A DNA stretch of 48,003 bases from a virus: the IMG/VR virus record IMGVR_UViG_3300017421_000001, positions 1 to 48,003 of that record; one strand, given 5' to 3'. Below the pieces are notes generated by a model, which was given only the letters and a program-made list of their open reading frames with translations, was not told where the DNA came from and ran no database searches. The position numbers were made by a program, and so were the translations under genes. Position 1 is the stretch's first letter. Each line of letters starts with the position of its first letter. Shown here piece by piece: positions 16,234-25,814 of this stretch.

Positions 16234-18396
16234 TCACGTTACGGTGCCGCTCACTGGGCCGGTCGGTGCTGCTTCTAGATCGGCCCCGTCTGTCGCCACC
16301 ACCCAATAATACCACGTTCCCGCCGCGACCGTATCTTCGACTGACTGCACTTGGCCGACGCCTCCACCAAAGCTGTCTACGACCTTGGTTGCCGAGCCGA
16401 AGTCTGAACTCGAATTACGCCAGACGTCGGACGAGAAGAACCGCAGATCATTGGGGTTCTTCCATGTGACGGTTGCCTGTCCGGTGCCGCCTTCGATTGT
16501 CAGGTTCGTGGCAGGTGGTAGCACAGCCGTTGTCGATTGAACTGCGTACTCGAACGCCGGCCCGCGTCCTGCAGTGGTGACGTAACGATATCGGACGGTG
16601 TAGTCCTGCCCTTCCAGCAGAAGCCCGCTGGTAGCGGTAGTCTGGTTGATCGACATGGGCATCCAGGGATCGGACTCATCGCCCGTGATATCCGCCGTCA
16701 GGATGTACTCGGCGGTGTAGGTCGCATCGTCCCGGGCCAGCGCCGGGAAGTCTATGCGGATCGCGCCGTCTGACAGGTAGACGTTCTCACCCGTGATAGC
16801 TGGATAGGCCGCTGTTGTGGTTGATCCATCCACCACCGGCTTAGGCTGCTCCTCCCCGGCAAGCAGCGTCCATCGGCTAGAGCTGATCGGCACCGCGCCA
16901 AACCCCGTGAAGATGCCTGCGCCATCAAGCTCAACCGGCGTGGCGATCTCATAATCACCGGCAAAGGTGTTGTCGTAGTTCATGGTGATTATGCGCTCAT
17001 GCCGCGCCTGCAGGCCGCGCAAGTTCACGGTCGGGCCGATCTTATGCCGAGGCTGAGAGCGCATGCCGATGCCCTTGGCGAGGCGCATGGCCTGGTTGTG
17101 GTTCTGGCAGGCCTGAATCTCGACCGTGAGGAACTTGGGCGTGGTCAGCGGATCATAATACAGCGGATTGATCCAAGCGGCCGAGGGCTGCACCGTGTAG
17201 TTCGCATCGGGCTCGGTATATTTGACGATGACACCCTGCGTCTCACTCTCGCCGTCTTGAGCCTCTACGCTCGACATGGCCATGATGTCGCGGTTGCGAG
17301 AAAAGGAGAGGGTGGGCGTGTACCAATAGCCTACGCGCACCCACGACTTTCCATCCTCGTCGAACACGATCTGGCCGTCGCAGGCCAGCAGGATTTCCTT
17401 CTCGGCGTCGACCCGGCGCTTGCTGTCAACGATCGAGACGCCAGCCTCGTACCGCTTCTGCGTACCCTCGATCCCTTCCACGTCCTGGTCGCAGATAGTG
17501 GCCTGCTCGCCTATGCGCTGCCAGTTGATGGAGCTTTCCGGCTTGCCTCGCCCGAATGGGTGGGTGCGAAACCATGCCCAGATCAAGGCTGCATTGCGGC
17601 TTGGCTTGTAGGTGGAGCGATTGCCGAGAACCTGGCTAGGATCGCGCGGATCGTAGACGTTCGCCCAGTCGCCCAGAACGCTGATCGCCGGCTCACCAAG
17701 GCCGAATGGCCCGCGCCAGCGATAGATCTTATAGCGATGCTCAATCTTGAGCGCGTCCATGCAGACGACGGTATAGGTGGTGCCGGCAAGTAGATGCTCG
17801 GTGGCTGTCCACTGGGGGAGAGCGGCGGTCAGCTCGGCTATGCCGGGAGGGACAGGGTTGGCCTCGCTGTAGGTTGTGGTCCAAAGGCGAACATAGCCCT
17901 TACCTTGGCCGTCAGCGTCGGCAGGGTCCTTGTCCTTGTTCTCCTTGAGGCGGAACTCTTTCTGCTGAACGTAACGATCTGCTCCGACTGTGACCGGCTC
18001 GTCGTCTAGGAAATAGCCGTACGAGGGTTGCAGGATCTCATCGCTGTTGGCGACAATGTACCAGAAGCGGCCTTGGGCATCGAATTCACCAAACATGGCG
18101 CCGCCACCGGACCTAGCGCGACCGGCGTGCAGCCAGCGGGGTGGGTCCGATATCTTAACGTTTGTTTTGCCGGCTTCCATGGAAGGTGAGCGGACACCTC
18201 CCATCAAAACGGATTGAATAATGTATGTACCAGCGGCGACAATTACGGTCCCGATTACGGACGCAACAAATGCGCTGGATGATCCAATAGCCGCTGCGAG
18301 ATTGGCGGCAAACAGGCTCGTCGGCCCCGCAAAGTAGATCAGCGCGGCTACCGCCACCAGCGCGACGATCTTCTTAAGAAATCCCACGCCAAACAC
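16234..18396 (-). CDS. Host-specificity / tip-attachment (gpJ-like) tail protein
   Basis: About 720 aa, placed after the NlpC/P60-like gene. Hydrophobic N-terminus. Start uncertain: GTG 18396 or 18387 (track: 18465). Confidence 0.65.
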   Translation of the reverse strand: MFGVGFLKKIVALVAVAALIYFAGPTSLFAANLAAAIGSSSAFVASVIGTVIVAAGTYIIQSVLMGGVRSPSMEAGKTNVKISDPPRWLHAGRARSGGGAMFGEFDAQGRFWYIVANSDEILQPSYGYFLDDEPVTVGADRYVQQKEFRLKENKDKDPADADGQGKGYVRLWTTTYSEANPVPPGIAELTAALPQWTATEHLLAGTTYTVVCMDALKIEHRYKIYRWRGPFGLGEPAISVLGDWANVYDPRDPSQVLGNRSTYKPSRNAALIWAWFRTHPFGRGKPESSINWQRIGEQATICDQDVEGIEGTQKRYEAGVSIVDSKRRVDAEKEILLACDGQIVFDEDGKSWVRVGYWYTPTLSFSRNRDIMAMSSVEAQDGESETQGVIVKYTEPDANYTVQPSAAWINPLYYDPLTTPKFLTVEIQACQNHNQAMRLAKGIGMRSQPRHKIGPTVNLRGLQARHERIITMNYDNTFAGDYEIATPVELDGAGIFTGFGAVPISSSRWTLLAGEEQPKPVVDGSTTTAAYPAITGENVYLSDGAIRIDFPALARDDATYTAEYILTADITGDESDPWMPMSINQTTATSGLLLEGQDYTVRYRYVTTAGRGPAFEYAVQSTTAVLPPATNLTIEGGTGQATVTWKNPNDLRFFSSDVWRNSSSDFGSATKVVDSFGGGVGQVQSVEDTVAAGTWYYWVVATDGADLEAAPTGPVSGTVT

Positions 18397-18769
18397 CCCG
18401 CCATTTGACAAGCTTGAGCGGCACTTCAATCGTGCCGCGTTCAAGACGCACAACGACCCGATCACCCGTGCAAAGAGCCGGGATCACGTAATCTGCGTCT
18501 GCAAGTAAGCCGACAACGTCGCCTCGCCGTGGATCGTCATCGACAGGCGTGCCTCCTACGATTTCCATAGTCGCTTCCATGCCGCCCAGCTCGGCAAGCA
18601 AGACCATGGCCTCGTCATTATCGCAGTAAGTGCCCGCGAAATCGGGCATGGCCGGTGCAGCGCCCAAGCTGACAAAGTACGCTGCCGCCGACAGAACGCA
18701 GTCATTCACGCCGTATTGATGAGGATGCCGCCGCCACTCTTGCAGCGTTTGATCGACGATATCCATCAA
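18374..18769 (-). CDS. Tail-associated NlpC/P60-like cell-wall peptidase
   Basis: 131 aa. YGVNDCVLSAAAY carries a candidate catalytic Cys, plus GDVV. Position is equivalent to the GTA/lambda gpK-type peptidase. Confidence 0.55.
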   Translation of the reverse strand: MMDIVDQTLQEWRRHPHQYGVNDCVLSAAAYFVSLGAAPAMPDFAGTYCDNDEAMVLLAELGGMEATMEIVGGTPVDDDPRRGDVVGLLADADYVIPALCTGDRVVVRLERGTIEVPLKLVKWRGVWRGIS

Positions 18770-19431
18770 GGCACCTGGTAAGTCCGGTTGGCCAGCAAGG
18801 CTAAGAATTCAGCGCCACGATCAATCGGCACACCTAGCTGAGCGGCGCGACGTTTCTGCATTGTGTCAGCATAAGTGCGATCCGGCGTTTCGCTCCGGCC
18901 ATGGTTGTTGTCTTTGGCAGTGATTGAAACAGTGTAGGTTTTTACAACCGCGCCTGATGCAATACGAGCGATTGTCTCAGAGAACTTAGGAGAGAACATT
19001 GTCATCTCCTTATAGAAAGAGAGCGGGGTATTCGGACGCAGGCCCTCGCCCTCTATAAACAGTGCAAGGTAACAGGTGAGTGATCGGCCAAATACCTGTG
19101 CCTGTTCAGACTTCAGCCCTTCGTATAGGGCAAGTATCTCATCTTCTTGTCCCGGCATTGTTGGGATATTGAACGAGAACGCGTACGAGGCTGAAGTGCC
19201 GTCGCGACCATCCTGCAGCGAGGGGGTCTTGTGCAAGTTAGTACCGTTTGCGTCGAGCGTCCCCAGCCACTCGTTCCCAGCACTGTCCGTAAAAGAGCCT
19301 TGCCCATCCCAGAGCCGCACTGGCTCGCTCTTGAAATCATAGAGCCAGCATTTGCGCACAGTGGCGATGATATCGGTGACGTCACCCGACGAGCCGAGTA
19401 TTTCATCAAGCTGGGAATAAAACTCGCTCAC
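18766..19431 (-). CDS. Minor tail / hub-like protein
   Basis: GTG start. VRLWDGQGSFTDSAGNEWLGT...DGTSASYAFSF resembles siphovirus tail-hub proteins. About 38-45% GC in sampled lines. Confidence 0.5.
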   Translation of the reverse strand: MSEFYSQLDEILGSSGDVTDIIATVRKCWLYDFKSEPVRLWDGQGSFTDSAGNEWLGTLDANGTNLHKTPSLQDGRDGTSASYAFSFNIPTMPGQEDEILALYEGLKSEQAQVFGRSLTCYLALFIEGEGLRPNTPLSFYKEMTMFSPKFSETIARIASGAVVKTYTVSITAKDNNHGRSETPDRTYADTMQKRRAAQLGVPIDRGAEFLALLANRTYQVP

Positions 19432-19487
19432 GCACGATTGTTACGCCTGTAAGCAACTTTCTGCAACTATGAACAGGCTAGAAGGGT

Positions 19488-19868
19488 CTAGCCACGATCA
19501 ACATGCGACACACGAAGGCATTGCGAGCGCAATTTTGCCACCTCTTTGTCAATCGCCTTTGACTTGACGGGATGGCGATAGAAGCTGCGAAGAAGAGTGG
19601 CGCCGCCAACTGACCGGACTTTGTAGCTCTGCCAAGGCCCAGATTTTGGCCAAGTATGCGGCGCGACATCGATATCGTTGCCGCTATCAACTGGGATAAC
19701 TATTGCATCTGCGCGCCGGCCAAGCTCCCGCGCTATGCATGCTGTCGCATCGGCCACGGTCATATCCAGTGTCATCACCTGCCCCCAGTCGCGGTGTGGG
19801 TAGTCAGTGTCCGACCGTGCTGACGCGGTGGTGGCGACTACGGCGAGGATGAGGGCTGGCCATTTCAT
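19488..19868 (-). CDS. Secreted/periplasmic 126-aa protein of unknown function
   Basis: Sec-type signal peptide MKWPALILAVVATTASA. ATGA overlap with the upstream 299-aa gene. Low GC. Confidence 0.6.
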   Translation of the reverse strand: MKWPALILAVVATTASARSDTDYPHRDWGQVMTLDMTVADATACIARELGRRADAIVIPVDSGNDIDVAPHTWPKSGPWQSYKVRSVGGATLLRSFYRHPVKSKAIDKEVAKLRSQCLRVSHVDRG

Positions 19869-20764
19869 AACACTTGCCCATCATCGTTGAGTAGGTTCAG
19901 TTGGCGGGGCGCGGCGACGTGCCGCTTGACCTTAGTGACTACGTTTTCCGTGACCAGCCCTTTAGGCGTTTGCTTTTGAGTAAACTCAACCTCGCAAATG
20001 AGTACATCGCCCTTTGCGAACCGGATCTGATTGCGGTCCACACGTGCAAGAAACTCTTCATCTCTGATGACTGCGCTCACTGCGCTAGAACCGTCATGCA
20101 GCCGCCACTTGTTATCTTCTTTGAAAGCAAGTGACAAAATAGAAAAGGCGGCTTCTCGCGTGTCTTTGACTAACACCCGCTCTGGTATTTCCGGCGCACG
20201 AAAGGACTCAGCCTCTTCTTTTGTTACACGCTGATCAGGTAGAGCGCGATCTCCAAACTCGACTAACTGGATGCCCGGCGCTTGCAGCGGCTTGTGAACC
20301 ACGCGTTCAAGGGCCGAACGAACGGCCAAATCTTGATAGAGCCTTAATAGTTCAGTCGGGACGTCAAAGCTCTCGTCGCCGTACGTGACACGCAACATGT
20401 TGCCGGCAAGTCGCTCGACTCGATCAGGCGCTCTGCCGCGATGCCTGCGAAGCCACCATACCAACCCCGTGGCGCCAATCAGCAGCTCTTTCAGGTTTAT
20501 GGCGGCTGTGACCATATCGCCGGAGAGGAGCGATATGGCACCATCTTTCCAGCCCTGAACAATGTCGAAGATTACGCTGAAGCATCCAGGTTCATGCGCT
20601 CGAACATTGACCTTCACCTCTGCCGACTCACCATTCAGCAGCAGGTTCATGGCGTCGAACAACTCGCCAACGCCAAGCATGGCGGGTGCTAAGTCGCGAA
20701 CGTCCATCTCGTGGTTCTTGAGCGCAGGACCGTCGTAGGTCAGGGTGAAGTCAGCGCGGCTCAT
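19865..20764 (-). CDS. Orphan 299-aa soluble protein of unknown function
   Basis: ATG 20764 (track: TTG 20773). Begins MSRADFTLTYDGPALKNHEMDVRDLAP. No motif recognised. About 47-55% GC against about 63% in neighbours. Confidence 0.65.
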   Translation of the reverse strand: MSRADFTLTYDGPALKNHEMDVRDLAPAMLGVGELFDAMNLLLNGESAEVKVNVRAHEPGCFSVIFDIVQGWKDGAISLLSGDMVTAAINLKELLIGATGLVWWLRRHRGRAPDRVERLAGNMLRVTYGDESFDVPTELLRLYQDLAVRSALERVVHKPLQAPGIQLVEFGDRALPDQRVTKEEAESFRAPEIPERVLVKDTREAAFSILSLAFKEDNKWRLHDGSSAVSAVIRDEEFLARVDRNQIRFAKGDVLICEVEFTQKQTPKGLVTENVVTKVKRHVAAPRQLNLLNDDGQVL

Positions 20765-20830
20765 AGCTCTCAATATGCTGGGGGCACTGCGATCGTAAAG
20801 CGGAGATGTGTGGCCTAGGGCTGGCCAGGA

Positions 20831-21490
20831 TCAGACCACAGCTTCCTGCAACACAATGTTCCCCGGTTTGACGTGTCCTAAATTGTTGTAGGCGGCGCGG
20901 ATATCGGCGCCATTGCTGATCCGCCCGGTGAACCAAGGCCGTAGGTAGCAATTGTCACCAGCCACGATATTCCGGCGCAGGGGCGGTGTCACGATCGCGG
21001 TAGCGACGTCGCCATCATAGGTCACGTCATCGATCAGATATGTGTCGAAGTCATGGCCTACGACATGACCCGGCGTTACGACCGGCCCTACGCCAGTCAG
21101 ATCGAACTTCATCACCACCGAGCCCTTCAGCGCGTCAGCGGCGTACCGGCCTGTGAAGTCGCCGTCCCAGTTCTCTTGGTTGGACCAAGCCTGCTGGTTG
21201 CTCCACGGCACGGCCACTTTGCCACGCTTGCGGCTGTAGGCAATCTGGGGCGTCGGCGCGAGACGTACCCGGAACACCTGCCCGCTGATCTTGGACATGA
21301 TCCACGACGCTAGCGGGAAGTCCCACTCGGTATCGATGATGGCCGGAGCGATCTCAAGCACGCCGAAGCCGCCCGGTTCGGGCGTGATGAACTGCGCGCC
21401 GCCTGACGTCAGCCCGCCATCGTAGCCAGCGCCAGGCGAATGGAAGAGCTGCGTCTCAATGCGAAAGGTGGGGAACTGGTAGACCTTCAT
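20831..21490 (-). CDS. Tail protein following the tape measure (distal-tail-like)
   Basis: ATGA overlap with the tape-measure stop. The call rests on position. Confidence 0.5.
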   Translation of the reverse strand: MKVYQFPTFRIETQLFHSPGAGYDGGLTSGGAQFITPEPGGFGVLEIAPAIIDTEWDFPLASWIMSKISGQVFRVRLAPTPQIAYSRKRGKVAVPWSNQQAWSNQENWDGDFTGRYAADALKGSVVMKFDLTGVGPVVTPGHVVGHDFDTYLIDDVTYDGDVATAIVTPPLRRNIVAGDNCYLRPWFTGRISNGADIRAAYNNLGHVKPGNIVLQEAVV

Positions 21491-24099
21491 GACGCGAACG
21501 ACCCATCCGTGTCGAGCTGCTGAAGCAGCGTCTGCAGATCCCGTTTCACCTGATTGTATGTCGCCTCGCCGCCCTGGCGCACCATCGAGGCGATGCCATC
21601 GAGGCCTACCGCCCCTGCGAAGCTGAAGGAGTTGTGCACGTCACCCATGCGGATAGCGGGCTTGCCGCCGCCGCCATGCGACTGCACCCCCAGCTTACCG
21701 TTCGGGCCGCGCGTGAGAGGCATGATCGCCTCAGGGCCAGCTTCCCCCATCTCGCCAAGCTGGGCACCCTTGGCAAAGCGGAACAAGGTGGGCTGGCTTA
21801 CCACTGTGTTGGTGAACGCTCCGCCCTTGGCGAAGCGCTCGGCGGTTCCATAGGCACCCCCCAACGCGTTGAGCGTGACGTTACCGGCGCTCCACCCGGA
21901 TGTGTCGACGGCCTTGAGCCCCCCGCCGCCGCCTGCGAAGATGCTGTCGAGGAACCCGTTGAGCGTCTTGTCCAGCAGCTTATCGATGATCCGGTTGAGG
22001 CTATTGATCGCGCTATCGGCAAAAGCTTTAGAGGCATTGCCGCCCTCGCGCACGCCGTTGATCCAGTCAGAGAAGAAACTCTTCGTCACCTCGCGGGCGT
22101 CCGCGATGGCCTTTGCCTGCTGGTCTATCGCATACTTGGCCTCGGCATACGCATCGGCTTGGCGGTTGATCCTGGTGAAGTTGATGTCTTCTTCCGCAAC
22201 CCCGGCGGTGCGCTGTCGGTTGATCTCCTGTTGAGCATACGCGTAAGCGATAGCGGCCTTCTCACCCAGCCCAAGCGCTCCACGCTCGGCATCAAGCTGA
22301 CGCATGGCGACGTTGTGCGAGTAGTCCCGATCGGCATCCGCTTGCTTGAGCAGGTTCTGGTATTCCTTGTCTGCCAAGGCGTTGGCGGCGCTGCTGATCA
22401 CCTGCCGATCGTTGTCAGTGAGGGGCAGGGCGTTCTTGCCACGAGCTGCCTTCAACATCTCTTGTTCGTGACGCAGCGCGGATAGATCGCGATTATAGAT
22501 GCCGATCTGTGCCGATGCGTCTTGCAGCGCCGCGAATTCCTCAATGGCAGCCTGCTTCGTGTCTTCGCGGAAGGTGGCGAGCCGGTTTGCCTCCGATAGT
22601 TTGGCAAGATCGGCGGCGATGCCCGAGATAGAGGCGCGCTGGGCGGGAGACAACTTGAGGCCATGCTCGGACGCTTTGTTGAGCAGATCCTGCTCGTAGG
22701 TGACCCGGGCCAGCGCTTCGCCATAGAGGCCGATTTGCATGCGCGCCTTGTTCAGGTCGTTCTCGGTCTTGGCGGCGTCCTTCAGAAGGTCGTCGAAGCC
22801 GTAGGTGTCCTTTGCCTTCTTTTCGCGGGGCTTGTCGTACATGGCCTTCGCCATTTTGTCCTGCCGATCGCGTGCATTCTTCTGCGACTGGCCGACGACA
22901 TCATCCATGAATTTCTGCGCTTCTCGGTACTGGTCCTTGAAGCTCCCGCCGACAATCTCCAGCAGGCTTTCCTTCTTGCCCGTTTTGATGTTGTCGAGGA
23001 TGCGTGGGATGACGTTCTGCAAGCCAGTGAACGCGGCATAGACGCCAGCGAGCGAGAACCGCACGGCAGTCACCAGCCAATCGGTGAAGCTGCTCCACTT
23101 CTTGCTCAGGTCATCTGTCGTGATCCCGAACGCGTTGGCGATGCGCTCCCAGCCTACTTGGAACACAGCCTTTGCTGTATCCCCCCAAGTGACCGTAACG
23201 GCATTTAGCTTGGCCACCTCCGCCTTGGTGTAACCCATGGCCGTGGTGTACTTCTTCAAGCCGCTGTCATCGTTGGCCTGAGCGGCCAGTGCAGCGATGC
23301 CAGCAGCGGCAAGCGCTAGTACCGCGATCAGGGGGGCAAGCGGCGCCAGCATGGCCAGAATTGACGCAGCTGCCGCTCGGAACACCGCGCTCACACTGGT
23401 GCCAGTAGCGACGGCCTTCTCTTGCAAAATATCAAAGAGCTGAGGGCCCTGCTGCACGGCTATCAGGAAGGGGGACATCCCCGACGCTGCGGTCACACCA
23501 ATGTCGGCAAGCTGCCGTGATGCGTTGAGGCCCTCGCGAGCGGTGAACCTGATGGCAGTGGTGGCACTGTTCGCCCCCTCAGCCACCTTACCCAGGCTCT
23601 CACGGTATGCGACGATGTGAGCGTTGCTCTCTGTCTGGCTGCTAGCCTGACCTTGGAGGCTCTGCCTATACGCAAGCACATGGGCGTTCGCGTCACGCTG
23701 CGCCGAGGCCATTGCCGCTAGATGCTGCGTGTAGGCGACCACATGAGCGTCTGAGGCCACCAAGGCGGTTGATGCCGCCTTTTGAGAGATCACCATCGTT
23801 TCGAGGTGCTGCCGATAGGTGGTCACATGAGCATCGGCGTTACCGAACGAGCGTGCCGTATTATCATTCGCTGCTGACAGCGCCTTTTCAGACGCTGTCG
23901 CTTTGTCCAAACTGCCGATGATCGCATTTAGCTTAGCGTCCATTGACTGAACGCTGGCCACCAGCTTGGCGATCGACCCTGATGTAGGGCTCGCTGCAGC
24001 GCCAGCACGCTTGGCCGAGTCTGCAAAGCGATCAAGGTCATTGGCAGCGGTTACGACCGTGCTGCTGTCGATCGACAAAGAGAGGGCGGCAACGTCCAT
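21487..24099 (-). CDS. Tail tape measure protein
   Basis: 870 aa, Ala/Gln-rich and helical with a central hydrophobic stretch. Follows the G/T chaperone pair. Confidence 0.9.
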   Translation of the reverse strand: MDVAALSLSIDSSTVVTAANDLDRFADSAKRAGAAASPTSGSIAKLVASVQSMDAKLNAIIGSLDKATASEKALSAANDNTARSFGNADAHVTTYRQHLETMVISQKAASTALVASDAHVVAYTQHLAAMASAQRDANAHVLAYRQSLQGQASSQTESNAHIVAYRESLGKVAEGANSATTAIRFTAREGLNASRQLADIGVTAASGMSPFLIAVQQGPQLFDILQEKAVATGTSVSAVFRAAAASILAMLAPLAPLIAVLALAAAGIAALAAQANDDSGLKKYTTAMGYTKAEVAKLNAVTVTWGDTAKAVFQVGWERIANAFGITTDDLSKKWSSFTDWLVTAVRFSLAGVYAAFTGLQNVIPRILDNIKTGKKESLLEIVGGSFKDQYREAQKFMDDVVGQSQKNARDRQDKMAKAMYDKPREKKAKDTYGFDDLLKDAAKTENDLNKARMQIGLYGEALARVTYEQDLLNKASEHGLKLSPAQRASISGIAADLAKLSEANRLATFREDTKQAAIEEFAALQDASAQIGIYNRDLSALRHEQEMLKAARGKNALPLTDNDRQVISSAANALADKEYQNLLKQADADRDYSHNVAMRQLDAERGALGLGEKAAIAYAYAQQEINRQRTAGVAEEDINFTRINRQADAYAEAKYAIDQQAKAIADAREVTKSFFSDWINGVREGGNASKAFADSAINSLNRIIDKLLDKTLNGFLDSIFAGGGGGLKAVDTSGWSAGNVTLNALGGAYGTAERFAKGGAFTNTVVSQPTLFRFAKGAQLGEMGEAGPEAIMPLTRGPNGKLGVQSHGGGGKPAIRMGDVHNSFSFAGAVGLDGIASMVRQGGEATYNQVKRDLQTLLQQLDTDGSFAS

Positions 24100-24102
24100 G
24101 GC

Positions 24103-24453
24103 TTATGAGGCCCGCCGATGGGACGATGCGCTGCGAAACGCCTCCATGGGAGATGATGCCTCTGGCGGGGCGTCTTCGGTCTTGTTCGCTCGCATCAGGT
24201 AGACCCCATCCAACTCGCGAATGCAGAACTCGAAGGTCTCCGCGTCCTCATCACTCCACCCGGCGGTGTGCCGGTCAATGGCGCTAGCCGGGATTGGTCC
24301 AATGCCCATTCCGATCTGCCGCTCGGTCGATAGCCGCCAGAAGTCCTCAAGCCACCCGCTAAGCCCTTCAAGGATTTCAGGCGGCTCAAGTTCATCTGGC
24401 AGATCCAGTCCTTCAACCTCGGCCTGCTCCTGGGCCGCTTTCCACTCTTCCAA
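24103..24453 (-). CDS. Tail assembly chaperone T-segment (expected to be expressed as a G-T fusion by -1 frameshift)
   Basis: Its frame is -1 relative to the upstream chaperone gene and stays open across that gene's stop. It has only a TTG as an independent start. Confidence 0.65.
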   Translation of the reverse strand: MEEWKAAQEQAEVEGLDLPDELEPPEILEGLSGWLEDFWRLSTERQIGMGIGPIPASAIDRHTAGWSDEDAETFEFCIRELDGVYLMRANKTEDAPPEASSPMEAFRSASSHRRAS

Positions 24454-24482
24454 GTGGTCGAGGGTCCAAAGCAGGGCCGCTG

Positions 24483-24917
24483 TTAGTTTCCCGCCGCCTC
24501 CTTGGCGGTCTCGGCAATTCGTTCAGCGACACTGTCGCCAGCCCATTCGACGCCGCGCCGGAATGCCTCGCCAATGCCGAAGTCATCATCAGCAGTCAGG
24601 ATCGCAGCCGCCTTCTTCGCGTCAAACTTGAGCGGCTTGCCGTTTTCGGTCACACCGGACCAGTCTAGAAGGATGTGTTCGGCCAACGGGCTGCCGGCGG
24701 AAACCCCGAAGGCGACAATGCCCTGATCGGTGCGGAGCTTCTTGCCGCTGCGACGCGCAAGACCAGCAGTCGCCACCTTGAACGGCTTGTAATTGGTGCT
24801 GCGGACCTTGAAGCGGATACCCTCCATCTCAGGAATGTCGTCGACCCACTCACCTTCGTTGAGGTCAACCTTCTTGCCGATGTTGCCGATGTCCATGTTT
24901 GCTCTCTCTCGGGCCAT
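24483..24917 (-). CDS. Tail assembly chaperone (gpG-like)
   Basis: Lies between the major tail protein and the tape measure. ATG 24896, preceded by GAGAGAGAG, is an alternative start. Confidence 0.75.
   Translation of the reverse strand: MARERANMDIGNIGKKVDLNEGEWVDDIPEMEGIRFKVRSTNYKPFKVATAGLARRSGKKLRTDQGIVAFGVSAGSPLAEHILLDWSGVTENGKPLKFDAKKAAAILTADDDFGIGEAFRRGVEWAGDSVAERIAETAKEAAGN
24486..24492 (-). promoter_or_regulatory. -1 programmed ribosomal frameshift slippery heptamer G GGA AAC
   Basis: The minus strand reads GCG GGA AAC TAA. XXXYYYZ heptamer ends at the chaperone stop, and the -1 frame continues into 24103..24453. Confidence 0.6.
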
Positions 24918-24923
24918 TCGGGT

Positions 24924-24961
24924 CTAAGAGCGGCAAAGGACCCGAACCCTGCCGCTCTTAG
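24924..24961 (-). promoter_or_regulatory. Perfect 12-bp stem-loop between the major tail protein and chaperone genes
   Basis: CTAAGAGCGGCA (24924..24935) pairs with TGCCGCTCTTAG (24950..24961) around a 14-nt loop. No U-tract follows in the mRNA sense. Confidence 0.5.
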
Positions 24962-24966
24962 CTCAA

Positions 24967-25695
24967 TCAGATTTCGACGATGTTGGAGTCGACCGCGATC
25001 GACCAGGACCGGAGCAGGGGGGTGTTGGCTGCGCCGCCGCTCTTCGAACCGGGCATGGCAAGGCCGTAGAACAGGTCGGTTTGACCTGCTGGCTGCGCGG
25101 TAGCTGTGATGGAGGTCGCAGTCCCAGCGGCAGTGGTGGCGACGGCCGAGCCGCCAGGCGTTGCCGATACGTTGAACGTTGTGGGGGTGAGCCCCGCCGA
25201 CAGGACGTAGTAGACCGTACCAGCGACCAGCCCAGTCGGCAGCGTGCCCCCGGTCGGCGTGAAGATTACGGGGGAGCCAGCGTCCAAGCCATGGCCATTC
25301 TGCCAAGTGACAACCGCAGGCGCTCCGACGCTGACGGTCACGATATCGTCGGCAGCGCACCCGGCACCCCACTCGACCTTGAAGGCGTAGGGCGAGCAGC
25401 TTTCGATTGCTTGCTTGAACTTGATCTGGCCGGGATCATTCTGGCGCGGCGCGAACGTGTTTTCCATTGAGGCGCCAACAAGGGTGCCCTTGATCTGGCG
25501 AGTACGATTGCTGTCGATGAAGTCTTGGCTGATCATCTGTTGAGTGTCGCCAAGCGAGCCGCTTTGCGTCCACCCGCTGATCTCGGTCCACTGGTTTTCC
25601 TGCCCTACGAAGTCAGCAAGCGCGACCTCATCTTTGGGAGCGACCCGAGTTCCGATATAGATCTTTGATCCTGCGACAGCTTGCAGTGATGCCAT
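24967..25695 (-). CDS. Major tail protein
   Basis: 242 aa, immediately upstream of the G/T chaperones. Thr/Gly/Ala-rich C-terminal extension. Confidence 0.75.
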   Translation of the reverse strand: MASLQAVAGSKIYIGTRVAPKDEVALADFVGQENQWTEISGWTQSGSLGDTQQMISQDFIDSNRTRQIKGTLVGASMENTFAPRQNDPGQIKFKQAIESCSPYAFKVEWGAGCAADDIVTVSVGAPAVVTWQNGHGLDAGSPVIFTPTGGTLPTGLVAGTVYYVLSAGLTPTTFNVSATPGGSAVATTAAGTATSITATAQPAGQTDLFYGLAMPGSKSGGAANTPLLRSWSIAVDSNIVEI

Positions 25696-25814
25696 GACAA
25701 GGCGCTCCCGTGGCCCAGGCCATGGCTGGGCGGTTCCTGAACTATCGGAACATTACACATAAGCATCTCGTAACGCAACATTCGTGCGTGACCGCGAATG
25801 ATTAGTTCTCACAC

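Noticed and set aside
12301-18396. Diversity-generating retroelement or phase-variable tail-fibre system
   Set aside because: No reverse transcriptase gene occurs anywhere in the window, and I saw no template/variable repeat pair near the fibre 3' end.
24665-25372. 235-aa minus-strand ORF overlapping the major tail protein and chaperone genes
   Set aside because: It is an alternative frame with an Arg/Trp/His-rich translation. The major tail protein frame has sensible composition and position.
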